Below are positions 11,311 through 21,406 of a DNA stretch of 64,000 bases, piece by piece (the first letter of the stretch is position 1; the number at the start of each line of letters is the position of its first letter). Source of the stretch: Anaeromyxobacter sp. (GTDB lineage Bacteria; Myxococcota; Myxococcia; Myxococcales; Anaeromyxobacteraceae); NCBI GenBank assembly GCA_049840735.1, contig JASGJN010000026.1:416001-480000 (forward strand), written 5' to 3'. The notes beneath the pieces are model-generated. The model was not told the DNA's origin. It worked only from the letters and a program-made list of their open reading frames with translations, and did not search any database. Both the position numbers and the translations under genes were made by a program.

Positions 11311-11918
11311 TCGCGATCCGTCCTGCCCTGCTGACCGCGCTGGCGCTGGCCGCCGGCGCCACCGCCGCCGAGGCCCCATGCCCGTGCCACGCCGGCAAGC
11401 CGGCGGCGGCGCCCGCGCGCGCGGCCGTCACCCGCACCGCGCACGCCTACGCGCCGCCGGACGTGACCCTAATCGACCAGGACGGCCGCCCGGTGGCGGT
11501 GGCCGAGGCCCTGGCGCAGGGCGGACCGCTGGTGGTCAACTTCATCTTCACCACCTGCACCACCATCTGCCCGGTCATGAGCGCCTCCTTCGCCGGCCTG
11601 CAGCGCCAGCTGGGCGCGGCGGGGGAGGGGCTGCGGATGGTGTCGATCACCATCGACCCCGCCCACGACCGGCCCGCCGAGCTCGAGGCCTACGCGCGCC
11701 GGCACGGGGCCGGGCCGGGCTGGACGTTCCTCACCGGCCGCGAGGAGGACGTGCGGGCGGTGGCGAGCGCCTTCGACGCCTGGGTGGCGGACAAGGCCGA
11801 GCACCGGGCCTTCACGCTGCTCCGGCCCGCCGGGAGCGCCACCTGGGTCCGGGTGGAGGGGCTGGCCGGCGCGGCCGCGCTGGCCGAGGCGCTGCAGCCG
11901 CTCCAGGCCGGGCGGTGA
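11307..11918 (+). CDS. SCO1/SenC family copper chaperone
   Basis: 'LIDQDG', 'NFIFTTCTTICP' (CxxxC), 'SITIDPAHD', 'WTFLTG', conserved His in 'AEH'. Confidence 0.92.
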   Translation: MIAIRPALLTALALAAGATAAEAPCPCHAGKPAAAPARAAVTRTAHAYAPPDVTLIDQDGRPVAVAEALAQGGPLVVNFIFTTCTTICPVMSASFAGLQRQLGAAGEGLRMVSITIDPAHDRPAELEAYARRHGAGPGWTFLTGREEDVRAVASAFDAWVADKAEHRAFTLLRPAGSATWVRVEGLAGAAALAEALQPLQAGR

Positions 11919-13483
11919 CCGTGGGCGCGCTGGCGGCCCTGCTGGCGGCGGCGCTGGCCGCGGCGCCGGCCGGGGACGCCGCGGCCGGCGAGCGGCTCTA
12001 CCGCGACGGGCGGCTGGCGGGCGGGGCGCCGGTGCAGGCCGTGGTGCTCGACGGGCTGCCCATCAGCGGCGCGCAGGTGAGCTGCGCGGCCTGCCACGGG
12101 CGGAGCGGGATGGGCGCGGACGAGGGGGGGGTGGTCACGCCCTCCATCACCGCAGCGACCCTGGCCGCGCCGCGCGGCGGCGAGCGGCCGCGGCCGGCCT
12201 ACGACCGGGCCGCGCTGGCGCGGGCCATCCGCGAGGGCGTGGACGCCGCCGGCCGGCCGCTTGATCCGCTCATGCCGCGCTTCCGCCTGGAGGGGCGGGA
12301 GCTGGAGGCGCTGCTCGATCACCTGGGCGGCCTCTCGGCGCGCCCCTCGCCCGGCGCCGGCGAGGCGCTGCACCTGGCCACCGTGATCGCGCCCGACGCG
12401 CCGCCGGAGGTGAGGGACGCCACGCTCGCGGTGCTGCGCGCCTACGTGGCGGCCCACAACGCGGCCGCGCGCGTGGAGCGGCTGCACCACCGCCGCGTGC
12501 AGCGCCCCACGCTGGGGGACGAGGAGCCGGCCAGCGACTGGGTGCTCCACGAGTGGACGCTGCGCGGCGCGCCCTCGTCCTGGGGCGCGCAGCTCGCGGC
12601 CCAGCAGCGGGCGCAGCCTGCCTTCGCGGTGGTCAGCGGTGCGGGCGGGGCGCGCTGGGAGCCGGTGGACCGGTTCTGCGAGGCGCAGCGGCTCCCCTGC
12701 CTGTGGCCGAACCTGGTCACGCCGCCCGAGGCGGAGGGCTTCTACGCGCGCTACTTCTCGCGCGGCCTGCGGCTGGAGGCGGACACCGTGGCCGCCGACC
12801 TGGCGCGGCGCGGCGGCGGGCAGCGGGTGCTGCAGGTGCTGCGGCGCGGCGGGCCGGGGGCGGCCGGCGCGGCGGCGCTCTCGGCGGCGCTGCGGCGCCA
12901 GGGCGTGCCCGCGGAGGCGCTGGCGCTCGGGCCGGCGGAGGCGGTGGACGCCGGGCGCCTGGAGGCCGCCGCGCGACGGTCCGGCGCGACGGCGGTGATG
13001 CTCTGGCTGCGCCGCGAGGAGCTCGCCCTGCTGGCCGGCGCGCCGCAGCGGCTGGACCGGGTCTACGCCTCGTCGGCGCTGCTCGACGGCGACCTGTCCG
13101 CGGCCGCCGCGCTCCCCGCCCGCCGCGTGGCGGTGGCGCACGCGTGGGCGCTGCCGGAGGACGCCGCCGCGCGCGAGGCCGCCTCGGAGGGCTGGTTCCG
13201 GGCCGCCGGGCTGGGGCCCGCCGGCGGCGCTGCGCGGCGCGCGCGCGACCAGTCCTTCGCGGCCATGCGGCTGCTGGGGCAGGCGCTGATGCACCTGGAG
13301 GAGTCCGGCGCCTTCCAGCGGGACTTCCTGCTGGAGGTGCTCGATCACGGCGCCGGGCCCTGGGATGCCTCGGCGCAGCACCCGCGGCTCACGTTCGGCC
13401 CGGGCCAGCGGTACCTCTCGACGGGCTGCTACCTGGTGCCGGTCGGGGAGGAGGCCGGGGCGCCGGCGTGGATCGTGCCCTGA
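11915..13483 (+). CDS. Cytochrome c fused to a type-1 periplasmic binding protein-like domain
   Basis: GTGA overlap; signal peptide; heme motif 'SCAACHG'; probable axial Met in 'DPLMPRF'; alpha/beta C-terminal region ending 'PRLTFGPGQRYLSTGCYLV'. Confidence 0.8.
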   Translation: MTVGALAALLAAALAAAPAGDAAAGERLYRDGRLAGGAPVQAVVLDGLPISGAQVSCAACHGRSGMGADEGGVVTPSITAATLAAPRGGERPRPAYDRAALARAIREGVDAAGRPLDPLMPRFRLEGRELEALLDHLGGLSARPSPGAGEALHLATVIAPDAPPEVRDATLAVLRAYVAAHNAAARVERLHHRRVQRPTLGDEEPASDWVLHEWTLRGAPSSWGAQLAAQQRAQPAFAVVSGAGGARWEPVDRFCEAQRLPCLWPNLVTPPEAEGFYARYFSRGLRLEADTVAADLARRGGGQRVLQVLRRGGPGAAGAAALSAALRRQGVPAEALALGPAEAVDAGRLEAAARRSGATAVMLWLRREELALLAGAPQRLDRVYASSALLDGDLSAAAALPARRVAVAHAWALPEDAAAREAASEGWFRAAGLGPAGGAARRARDQSFAAMRLLGQALMHLEESGAFQRDFLLEVLDHGAGPWDASAQHPRLTFGPGQRYLSTGCYLVPVGEEAGAPAWIVP

Positions 13484-13755
13484 GGAGCGGTCGGGGGGCT
13501 GCGCCCGCCGCCCCGCCGCTGGCTCCGGTGGAGGCTCGGCCGGCTGGCCCGTACCCGAGGTGCGGGAGGTCCCGGGCCCATCGACCCTTGGCGGCACCCC
13601 ACGGATCGAGATCGTTAGCGCCGATCGCCCCGCGGATCCAGCCCCCTGGCGTCGATCTGCGCTGATCGACCAGGCCGGCGCCAGGCGGCTGACGGACGCC
13701 CCCGAAAAGCGAAGGCGTCGTGGGCAGGTGGGATCGATCGCGGCGGCGGCCGGGC

Positions 13756-13792
13756 TATGATGACCCAGCAATGTTGCCAGCCACGGCAACAT
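13756..13792 (+). promoter_or_regulatory. Possible -10 element (TATGAT) followed by a perfect inverted repeat ATGTTGCC-N6-GGCAACAT upstream of hpf
   Basis: TATGAT at 13756-13761; inverted repeat at 13771-13792 read directly from the sequence. Confidence 0.35.
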
Positions 13793-13887
13793 CGGTGTCG
13801 GCCGCGGAACCGGCGGGGCTCATGAGCCGCCGGGACGCGGCCGATGCATTTTCAGCCCGTCCGCAGCAGCACCAAGGAGGCGGTTCC

Positions 13888-14446
13888 ATGCAGGTGAACA
13901 TCACCTTCCGTCATCTCGAATCCCACCGAGGCCCTCAAGGCGCACGTCCGCGAGCGCGTGGCGCACGTCCAGCGCTACATCGATCGGCCGTCCGAGGCGC
14001 ACGCGGTCCTGCACGTCGAGAACCTGCACCACCACGCCGAGATCACCATGAAGGCCGGCCGGTTCCTGCTGCGCGGGACGGCGCGGACGGAGGACATGTA
14101 CGCCTCGATCGACCAGGCCGCGGACAAGATCGAGCGGCAGCTCAAGAAGCACAAGGAGAAGCTCCACAACCACAAGGCCAACGGCGTGGCGGTGGCCGAG
14201 GGCGAGCCGGTGGACGTCCGCCACGACATCCTCGACATCCTGGACAACCCGGACCGCCCCAGCCACCGCGTGGTGAAGAGCGAGCAGCTCAAGGCCAAGC
14301 CCATGTCGGTGGACGAGGCGCTCCTGCAGCTGGAGCTCCTGGATGAGCGGTTCCTGGTGTTCCAGAACGCGAACGACCGCGCCATCAACGTCGTCTACCG
14401 GCGCGAGGACGGGAACTTCGGGTTGATCGAGGCGCGCACCGCCTGA
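13888..14446 (+). CDS. hpf: Ribosome hibernation promoting factor, long HPF/RaiA (sigma-54 modulation protein); frameshift ~13919
   Basis: RBS aaggagg. 'MQVNITFRHL(D)PTEALK', 'DMYASIDQAADKIERQLKKHKEK', and C-terminal 'KPMSVDEALLQLELL...FLVFQN...NVVYRREDGNFGLIE'. Confidence 0.92.
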
Positions 14447-14566
14447 GCTCCCCGCGCGTCCCCGCCCGTCGAAGGGCGGGCGGGGGCGCGCGCGTCTCCG
14501 CGGGGACGGCCGGCTCGTCTTGCGTTCTTGCCCCGGCGTTGCCAACTGTGTTAACGCCGGTTCGCC

Positions 14567-15025
14567 ATGAAGATCGTCGAGTTCCTCCGGCCCGAGGGCG
14601 TCATCGCAGACCTGTCCGGCCAGACCGGGCAGGCCGTGCTGGCGGAGCTCTGCCGCCCCCTGGCCGGCGGACCGCGCGCCGACGGGCAGCGGCTCCTCGA
14701 GACGCTCCTCGACCGCGAGAAGCTGGGCTCGACCGGCATCGGCGAGGGCGTCGCCATCCCGCACGGCAAGGTCCCCGGCCTGCCGGCCCTCACCGCCAGC
14801 TTCGGCCGCTCCGTGCCCGGGGTGGACTTCCGCGCCATCGACGGCAAGCCCACCTACCTGTTCTTCGCGCTCTTCGCGCCGGAGAACTCGGCCGGCGCGC
14901 ACCTCAAGGCGCTGGCCCGCATCAGCCGCATCTTCAAGAACCCCGCCTTCCGGGAGGCCATCCTCAAGGCCCCGGATGCGGCGGAGATCTACCGGCTGAT
15001 CGAGGGCGAGGACGCGAAGTACTGA
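14567..15025 (+). CDS. ptsN: PTS IIA-like nitrogen-regulatory protein
   Basis: 'REKLGSTGIGEGVAIPHGK' (phospho-His), 'DFRAIDGKP', 'HLKALARISR'; follows hpf. Confidence 0.9.
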   Translation: MKIVEFLRPEGVIADLSGQTGQAVLAELCRPLAGGPRADGQRLLETLLDREKLGSTGIGEGVAIPHGKVPGLPALTASFGRSVPGVDFRAIDGKPTYLFFALFAPENSAGAHLKALARISRIFKNPAFREAILKAPDAAEIYRLIEGEDAKY

Positions 15026-15144
15026 GCGGACGCCGGGCCGGGCGCCACCTCGGCCGGCCGCGTCACCTGCCGCACCCCTCGGCCTCGGCGTTTGGGCGTT
15101 GGCCCGCCGGCCCCGCCGTACGATGATGCGCCTCGGGAGGGGAC

Positions 15145-16026
15145 ATGAGCGCTGGCGTCCGGGTTGGTGTGGTGCTCCACGTGCTGGAGGATCAGCCGTG
15201 GTGCCTCCGCCTCATGCAGGACCTGCAGGGCCTGCTGGCGCACCGCGCCGACATCCACCTCGAGGTCTCCGACGGGGCGGCCGACGCCGAGCGCCAGCTG
15301 CACCTGGTGGAGGCCCACCTGGCCGCCCGGGTGGACGTGCTGATGGTCCTGCCCATCGACTCGGAGCGGCTGAAGCCGGTGCTCCGCGGCTACCGCGAGG
15401 CGGGCATCCCGGTCATCGTGCTCGACAACGAGGTGGACGACCCCTCGCTGTACCGCTCGCTCATCGTGGCCGACAACCGCCACTTCGGCCGGAAGATGGG
15501 CGAGTTCTTCCTGGAGGTGACCGGCGGCCGGGCGGAGCTGCTGGAGCTGCAGGGCATCGCCAGCACCAGCGCCGCGCGCGACCGGGGGCAGGGCTTCCGC
15601 GAGGCGCTGGCGGGCCAGCCCGGGGTGCGGATCGTCGAGAGCGTCACCGGCGACTGGCTGGCCGAGCGCGCCCGCGAGCAGGTGGCCGCGGCCCTGCCGC
15701 GCCACCCCGGCCTGGACGGCGTCTACGCCCAGAACGACGAGATGGCGCGCGGGGCCTGGGACGCCGCGGCCGCGGCCGGGCGCGCGGACGAGCTGCTCAT
15801 CACCGGCATCGACGCGCTCCGCGGCGAGCACGGGCTGGGGCTGGTGATGCAGGGGCGGCTCGCCGCCACCATGATCAACCCCTCCCCGGCGGGCGCCGCC
15901 GCGGAGGCGCTGCTGGCCATCCTGCGCGGGGAGGCCCCGCTCAAGAAGACCCTGCTCCAGACCTCGCTGCTCCGGTCCAACGAGCGCGTGCGCGAGTGGC
16001 AGCGGGCGCGGCGGCGGTCGGCCTGA
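15145..16026 (+). CDS. RbsB/LacI-type sugar-binding domain protein with no signal peptide or HTH
   Basis: 'GIPVIVLD', 'IVADNRHFG', 'ARDRGQGF', 'VYAQNDEMARGA', 'ITGIDA'. Confidence 0.8.
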   Translation: MSAGVRVGVVLHVLEDQPWCLRLMQDLQGLLAHRADIHLEVSDGAADAERQLHLVEAHLAARVDVLMVLPIDSERLKPVLRGYREAGIPVIVLDNEVDDPSLYRSLIVADNRHFGRKMGEFFLEVTGGRAELLELQGIASTSAARDRGQGFREALAGQPGVRIVESVTGDWLAERAREQVAAALPRHPGLDGVYAQNDEMARGAWDAAAAAGRADELLITGIDALRGEHGLGLVMQGRLAATMINPSPAGAAAEALLAILRGEAPLKKTLLQTSLLRSNERVREWQRARRRSA

Positions 16027-16140
16027 GGGCCGGCCTCCCGCGCGATCCCCGCTGACACCTGGGCCCGTTCTCCCACCTTCGCGCTTCCCCGGATCCTGGG
16101 ACCTGGCCGGCCCTCGATCCCGACGCGGCCTGGTGACACC

Positions 16141-16866
16141 ATGGGTCGCATGGAACTGCGCGTCCCGGCCACGCTCCGCACGCCCGCACTCCTGGCCGCG
16201 CTGCTGCTGGCCGCCGGCTGCGGCCGCGCCGTCCGCACCTCCCCGCCGGCCGAGGCCAAGCCGGCCGTCCGCGCCGTCTTCTTCGGCTCCAGCACCGTGG
16301 CCGGCACCGGCGCCACGCGCCCCGAGCGCACCTGGACCGCGCGGCTCGCCCAGGAGCTGCGCTGGACCGAGCTGAACCTGGGGCTGCCCGGCTCGCGCCT
16401 CACGCAGCGCCCGGCCCGCATCCCCTCCGGCGAGCAGCGCTGGCCCGAGGTGGTGGCCGCCCGGCCGGACGTGGTGGTGCTGATGTACGGGGCCAACGAC
16501 GTGGACGGGAACGTGCCGCTGGGCGAGCCCGGGACGCCCGGCACCTTCCGCCACGCCGCCGCCCAGGTGCTCGGCCAGCTGCACCGCGCGCTGCCCAGGA
16601 CCGTGCTGGTGGTCTGCTCGCCCCAGCCCGCCCGCGCGCTGGAGGAGAAGCGCGGCCCGTACGACCAGGCCCTGGCCGAGGCCGCCGCCGCCGTGGGCGC
16701 CCTCTACGTCCCCGGCGACCAGGCCTTCCCGTCCGCCCGGCTGGACGCGCTGGCCCGCGATCGCCTGCACCTGAACGACGCCGGCCACGCCGAGCTGGCC
16801 CGCTTCGTGGCCGCGCGGCTCCACGCGGCCAACGTGGCGGCGCAGGGGGGGCGCTCACCGCGGTGA
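16141..16866 (+). CDS. SGNH/GDSL hydrolase family lipoprotein
   Basis: Lipobox 'LAAGC'; blocks 'FFGSSTV', 'NLGLPGS', 'YGAND', 'DRLHLN'. Confidence 0.85.
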   Translation: MGRMELRVPATLRTPALLAALLLAAGCGRAVRTSPPAEAKPAVRAVFFGSSTVAGTGATRPERTWTARLAQELRWTELNLGLPGSRLTQRPARIPSGEQRWPEVVAARPDVVVLMYGANDVDGNVPLGEPGTPGTFRHAAAQVLGQLHRALPRTVLVVCSPQPARALEEKRGPYDQALAEAAAAVGALYVPGDQAFPSARLDALARDRLHLNDAGHAELARFVAARLHAANVAAQGGRSPR

Positions 16867-16873
16867 CGTGAGC

Positions 16874-17450
16874 GGGGCGCAGCCCCGGATATCTGCCGCA
16901 GCGCTGCCCGCTGCCCGCGGCCCGCAGGGTGGGGGCCCCAGCGTAGCTGGGGGAGGGGCGCAGCCCCTCGACGCTGGGTGCCGCGCAAGGGCCCAGTCCT
17001 CTTTGCTGGAAGATCCGGGCCCGCAGCGCGGCGGGACCCAGCGCAGCAGGGGTGGGGCCCCGACGGCTCTGCCGGCGGGGCGGGGGCGCAGCCCCCGATA
17101 TCTGCCGCAGCGCAGCCCCTCGACGCTGGGTGCCGCGCAAGGGCCCAGTCCTCTTTGCTGGAAGATCCGGGCCCGCAGCGCGGCGGGACCCAGCGCAGCA
17201 GGGGTGGGGCCCCGACGGCTCTGCCGGCGGGGCGGGGGCGCAGCCCCGGATATCTGCCGCAGCGCTGCCCGCGGCCCGCAGGGTGGGGGCCCCAGCGCAG
17301 CTGGGGGAGGGGCGCAGCCCCTCGACGCTGGGTGCCGCGCAAGGGCCCAGTCCTCTTTGCTGGAAGATCCGGGCCCGCAGCGCGGCGGGACCCAGCGCAG
17401 CAGGGGTGGGGCCCCGACGGCTCTGCCGGCGGGGCGGGGGCGCAGCCCCC
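16874..17450. repeat. Composite REP/BIME-like palindromic repeat array between convergent genes
   Basis: Three near-identical ~138-bp units (~16958-17096, 17110-17247, 17312-17449) and two ~75-80-bp units (~16887-16967, 17248-17321), all bounded by the hairpin core GGGGCGCAGCCCC. Confidence 0.85.
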
Positions 17451-17454
17451 GTTT

Positions 17455-18156
17455 CTAATGATTCACGAAGTGGAACAGCCGGTCCCAGCGGAGCCCCTTG
17501 TCGCCCCACGAGACCAGCGCGATCCAGGCGCGCCCCTTGATGCGCCCCACCGGCACCGGGCCGAAGTAGCGGCTGTCGAAGGACTTGTCGCGGTGGTCGC
17601 CGGCCAGGAAGACCGTGCCCTCCGGGACGACGAACGGGTTGACGTCGTCGCCGCAGTGGCCGTCGAGCGAGGGCTCGCAGTAGGTGTGGTAGCGGTGCCC
17701 GTCCAGCGTCTCGAGGTGGTCGGCGCAGCGCTCCTCCTCCCAGGGGCCGTCCTCGGACCTGGTCATGTAGGTGCAGCGCTCGTCCGGCACCGCCTCGCGC
17801 GGCACCGGCGTGCCGTTGACGCTCAGGTGGCCGGAGCGGATGGCCACCGTGTCGCCGCCGACCGCCACCACGCGCTTGATCAGGTCGTCCTTGCGCCGGT
17901 TCTGCTCCGGCGCCAGCAGCACCACGATGTCGCCGCGCCTGGGCGAGGACCACATGGCCTGCGCCGTCGAGGTGAAGGGGAGGCGGGCGCCGTAGGCCCA
18001 CTTCTGGACCACCACGTAGTCCCCAATCTGCAGGGTGGGGATCATCGAGCCCGAGGGGATGTAGACCGCCTCGAAGAGGAACGTCCGGAAGGCCAGGACC
18101 GCGAGGATGGTGAGCGCCCAGCCCCGGATCTCCTTGACCAGCTTCGCTCTGTCCAC
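17455..18156 (-). CDS. lepB: Signal peptidase I
   Basis: 'IPSGSMIPTLQIGD' (catalytic Ser), 'LIKRVVA' (Lys), 'GDHRDKSFDSRYFG'. Start taken as GTG at 18156. Confidence 0.93.
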   Translation of the reverse strand: MDRAKLVKEIRGWALTILAVLAFRTFLFEAVYIPSGSMIPTLQIGDYVVVQKWAYGARLPFTSTAQAMWSSPRRGDIVVLLAPEQNRRKDDLIKRVVAVGGDTVAIRSGHLSVNGTPVPREAVPDERCTYMTRSEDGPWEEERCADHLETLDGHRYHTYCEPSLDGHCGDDVNPFVVPEGTVFLAGDHRDKSFDSRYFGPVPVGRIKGRAWIALVSWGDKGLRWDRLFHFVNH

Positions 18157-18172
18157 GCGCCCCGCCTCGGCT

Positions 18173-19409
18173 CTATTCGGTCCGCATCGCCTCGACCGGG
18201 TCGAGCCGCGACGCACGCGCGGCGGGGTAGATGCCGAAGAGGAGGCCTGCCCCGCCGCTGGTGACGAGGGAGACTATCACCGCCCAGGCCGGCACGCTCG
18301 CCGGAATGTCGAAGACCTCCCGCGCCGCCACCGCCAGCCCTGCCCCGGTGAGCACGCCCGCGAGGCCACCCAGGGCCGCCAGCGTCACCGACTCGACCAG
18401 GAACTGGGACAGGATGCGCCGGCGCCGGGCGCCCAGCGCCATGCGGATGCCGATCTCGCGGGTCCGCTCGGTGACCGAGACCAGCATGATGTTCATGATG
18501 CCGATGCCGCCCACCAGCAGCGCCAGCGCGCACACGCCGAAGGCGGCCGAGCCCACCACGCGGGCCAGGTTGTCGAGCAGCTCGCCCGCGGTCTCGTTGG
18601 AGAACATGTCGAAGTCGTTCTCCTCGTGCGGCTGGAGCCCGCGCATCCGCCGCAGCGCGCCGATGACCTCCTCCTGCGCCTTGGCCGAGTCCTCCGGCCG
18701 GGTGGCCACGATGGCGATGTTGGTGTTGCGCTGCTTGCCGATGACGATGTCGTAGACCGTCCACGGGATGACCGCGAAGCCGTCCTTGGACTGGCCCAGG
18801 ATCGAGCCCTGCCGCTGCGCCACGCCCACGACCTGGAAGCGCGCGCCGCGGATGCGGAATCTCCTGGCCCAGCGGGTCCTGCTTCGGGAACAGGATGTCC
18901 GCCACGTCGGCGCCGATGAAGACCACCCGGCGTCCCAGCTGGACGTCGCTCTGGGTGATGAAGCGGCCCTGGCCGACGGTCACGCCGTTCGCGTCGGCGT
19001 AGTCCGGCAGGCCGCCGCAGAGCGTGATGTCGTTCTTGGTGGACTTCTCCGGCGTGGAGAGGGTGACCAGGCCGTTGCCGTGCTCGTACTCCTCGATCGA
19101 GACCTGGGAGACGTGGGGCAGGTCGCGCAGCCCCTCGCCCTGCTCGCGGGTCAGGTCCGGCCGGCGCTCGTACTTGCGGTTGTCGTGGGGGCCGAACTGC
19201 ATGGCCGGCCACTTCTGCACCTGGAACGCGCCCGCCCCCAGCGCGGAGAAGTCCGAGTTCATCTTGAGGCGCAGCCCCTCGACGCCGGACATCATGGCCA
19301 CCACCGCGGCAGAGCCGATGATGATGCCGACCAGGGTCAGCACCGAGCGGAGCACGTTGGTCCGCAGGGTGTTCAGCGCCATCGCGATGGTGTCGAGCAG
19401 GCTGGTCAT
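18173..19409 (-). CDS. MacB/FtsX-family ABC permease; frameshift ~18858
   Basis: 'LRSVLTLVGIIIG', '[29 protein letters not shown]', 'RLDPVEAMR'. Confidence 0.9.
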
Positions 19410-20671
19410 TCGTACCTCAGGGCCTCGACCGGATCGAGCTGCGCCGCGCGCCAGGCCGGCCAGGCGCCGAAGAGCAGCCCCACGAAGGCGGAGAAGCCCA
19501 GCCCCAGCGCCACCGCCGAGGGCGTGACCGCCGCCGCCAGCGGGGTGAGCAGCGAGACCAGCTGGGCGATCCCCAGCCCCAGCGCCGTGCCGATGGCGCC
19601 GCCCAGCGCCGCCACCAGCGAGGACTCGATCAGGAACTGGAGCAGGATGGTCAGGCGCCGGGCGCCCAGCGCGCGGCGGACGCCGATCTCGCGGGTCCGC
19701 TCGGTGACCGAGACCAGCATGATGTTCATGATCCCGATGCCGCCCACGAAGAGCGTGATGGAGCCCACGAAGAGGGCGATGCCGTAGAGGGCGCCGGTGA
19801 GCTGGTTGTAGATGCGCAGGAACTGCTCCTGGCGGTTGAGCGCGAAGTCGTCCTTCTTCTCCGGCGGCACCTGCCGGACCCGCCGCAGGATCCCCACCAG
19901 CTGGTCCTCCAGCGCGTCCAGGTCCTCCGGCGCGGCCGCGACCGCCAGGTTGATGGAGCGCTTGGCGCCCAGGTCGCGCATGAAGGTGGTCCAGGGGACG
20001 AGGACGTTGGAGTCCATGTCCATGCCCAGCAGCTTCCCGCGCCGCGCCATGGTGCCGATCACGGTGAAGACCCGGCCCTCGACCACCACGCGCTGCCCCA
20101 CGATCTGCTCGGGCGGCACGCCGGGGAAGAGCCGCTGGGCCACGCCGAAGCCCAGCACCACCGTGTTGCGCGAGAGGTCGACGTCGGTCTCGCTCAGGAA
20201 CCGCCCGGCCGACACCGAGCCCGAGCCGGTGTCCAGGTAGCGGGCGTTGGTGCCCTGGATGGAGACGCTCGAGACCTCCAGGTCGAGCCGCTTCACCGAG
20301 CCGCGCGACATCACCTGGGGCGCGATGGCGGTGGCCAGGAAGGCCTCCTTCTCCACCGCCGCCAGCTCCTTCTTGCCCAGGTCCTTCCGGTTGCGCATCT
20401 CCCACCACTCGCCCCGGCCTTGCGTGAACCAGGCGAACTTGGAGACGTAGACGGTGTGCGCGCCCAGGTTGGCGATCTGCGACTCGAAGGAGGCGTTGAG
20501 CCCCTGGATGATGGCCACGATGGCGATCACCGTCATCACGCCGATGACGATGCCCAGCGTGGTGAGGAAGGTGCGCAGCCGCGCCCCAACCAGCGCCTGG
20601 AGCGCGATGCGGACGTTCTCCGCCACCTCGGCGGTGACGCGGAGGACGCCGTGGCGCAGCCGGCCGCTCAT
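19406..20671 (-). CDS. MacB/FtsX-family ABC permease
   Basis: '[14 protein letters not shown]', '[29 protein letters not shown]', '[10 protein letters not shown]'. Confidence 0.92.
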   Translation of the reverse strand: MSGRLRHGVLRVTAEVAENVRIALQALVGARLRTFLTTLGIVIGVMTVIAIVAIIQGLNASFESQIANLGAHTVYVSKFAWFTQGRGEWWEMRNRKDLGKKELAAVEKEAFLATAIAPQVMSRGSVKRLDLEVSSVSIQGTNARYLDTGSGSVSAGRFLSETDVDLSRNTVVLGFGVAQRLFPGVPPEQIVGQRVVVEGRVFTVIGTMARRGKLLGMDMDSNVLVPWTTFMRDLGAKRSINLAVAAAPEDLDALEDQLVGILRRVRQVPPEKKDDFALNRQEQFLRIYNQLTGALYGIALFVGSITLFVGGIGIMNIMLVSVTERTREIGVRRALGARRLTILLQFLIESSLVAALGGAIGTALGLGIAQLVSLLTPLAAAVTPSAVALGLGFSAFVGLLFGAWPAWRAAQLDPVEALRYE

Positions 20672-21402
20672 GCGTGCACCGCGCGCGGGGAGGCGCCCAG
20701 CGCGGCGATCTCGGCGCCCGGCCCGTCGCCCACCACCTGGCCGTCGGAGAGCCGGATGGCCCGCGGGCAGCGCGCCGCCAGCTTCGGCTCGTGGGTGACG
20801 AGGATGATGGTGTGGCCGCGGGCGTGCAGCTCGCCGAAGAGCCGGATGATCTCCTCGCCGGTGGCCGAGTCCAGGTTGCCGGTGGGCTCGTCGGCCAGGA
20901 GGATGGAGGGGTCGCCCACCAGCGCGCGGGCGATGGCCACGCGCTGCCGCTGGCCGCCGGAGAGCTCGTTGGGCCGGTGGGTCATGCGGTGCGCCAGCCC
21001 CACCGCGCGCAGCGCCTCCTCGGCGCGGGCCCGCCGCTCGCGCCGGGACATGCCGCGGTACACCAGCGGCAGCTCCACGTTCTGCAGCGCCGTGGCGCGC
21101 GGCAGCAGCTGGAAGGTCTGGAAGACGAAGCCGATCTCCTTGTTGCGCAGGTCGGCCAGCGCGTCGTCGGAGAGCCCCTCCACGTCGGAGCCGTTGAGCC
21201 GGTAGACGCCGGCGCTGGGCGTGTCCAGGCAGCCCAGCAGGTTCATCAGCGTGGACTTGCCCGAGCCGGACTGGCCGATGATGGCCACCCACTCGCCGCG
21301 CTCGATGCGGAAGGAGACGCCGTCGAGGGCGCGGACCGTCTCGCCGCCCACCACGTAGTGGCGGTGCAGCTCGTCCACCACGATCAGGGACTCGTCCGTC
21401 AC
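20668..21402 (-). CDS. MacB/LolD-type ABC ATP-binding protein
   Basis: Walker A 'GQSGSGKST', signature 'LSGGQRQR', '[12 protein letters not shown]', 'VTHE'. Confidence 0.95.
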   Translation of the reverse strand: MTDESLIVVDELHRHYVVGGETVRALDGVSFRIERGEWVAIIGQSGSGKSTLMNLLGCLDTPSAGVYRLNGSDVEGLSDDALADLRNKEIGFVFQTFQLLPRATALQNVELPLVYRGMSRRERRARAEEALRAVGLAHRMTHRPNELSGGQRQRVAIARALVGDPSILLADEPTGNLDSATGEEIIRLFGELHARGHTIILVTHEPKLAARCPRAIRLSDGQVVGDGPGAEIAALGASPRAVHA

Positions 21403-21406
21403 GGTC

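Noticed and set aside
16874..17450. CRISPR array
   Set aside because: The long units are near-identical rather than unique spacers, unit sizes are wrong, and no cas genes are present in the window.
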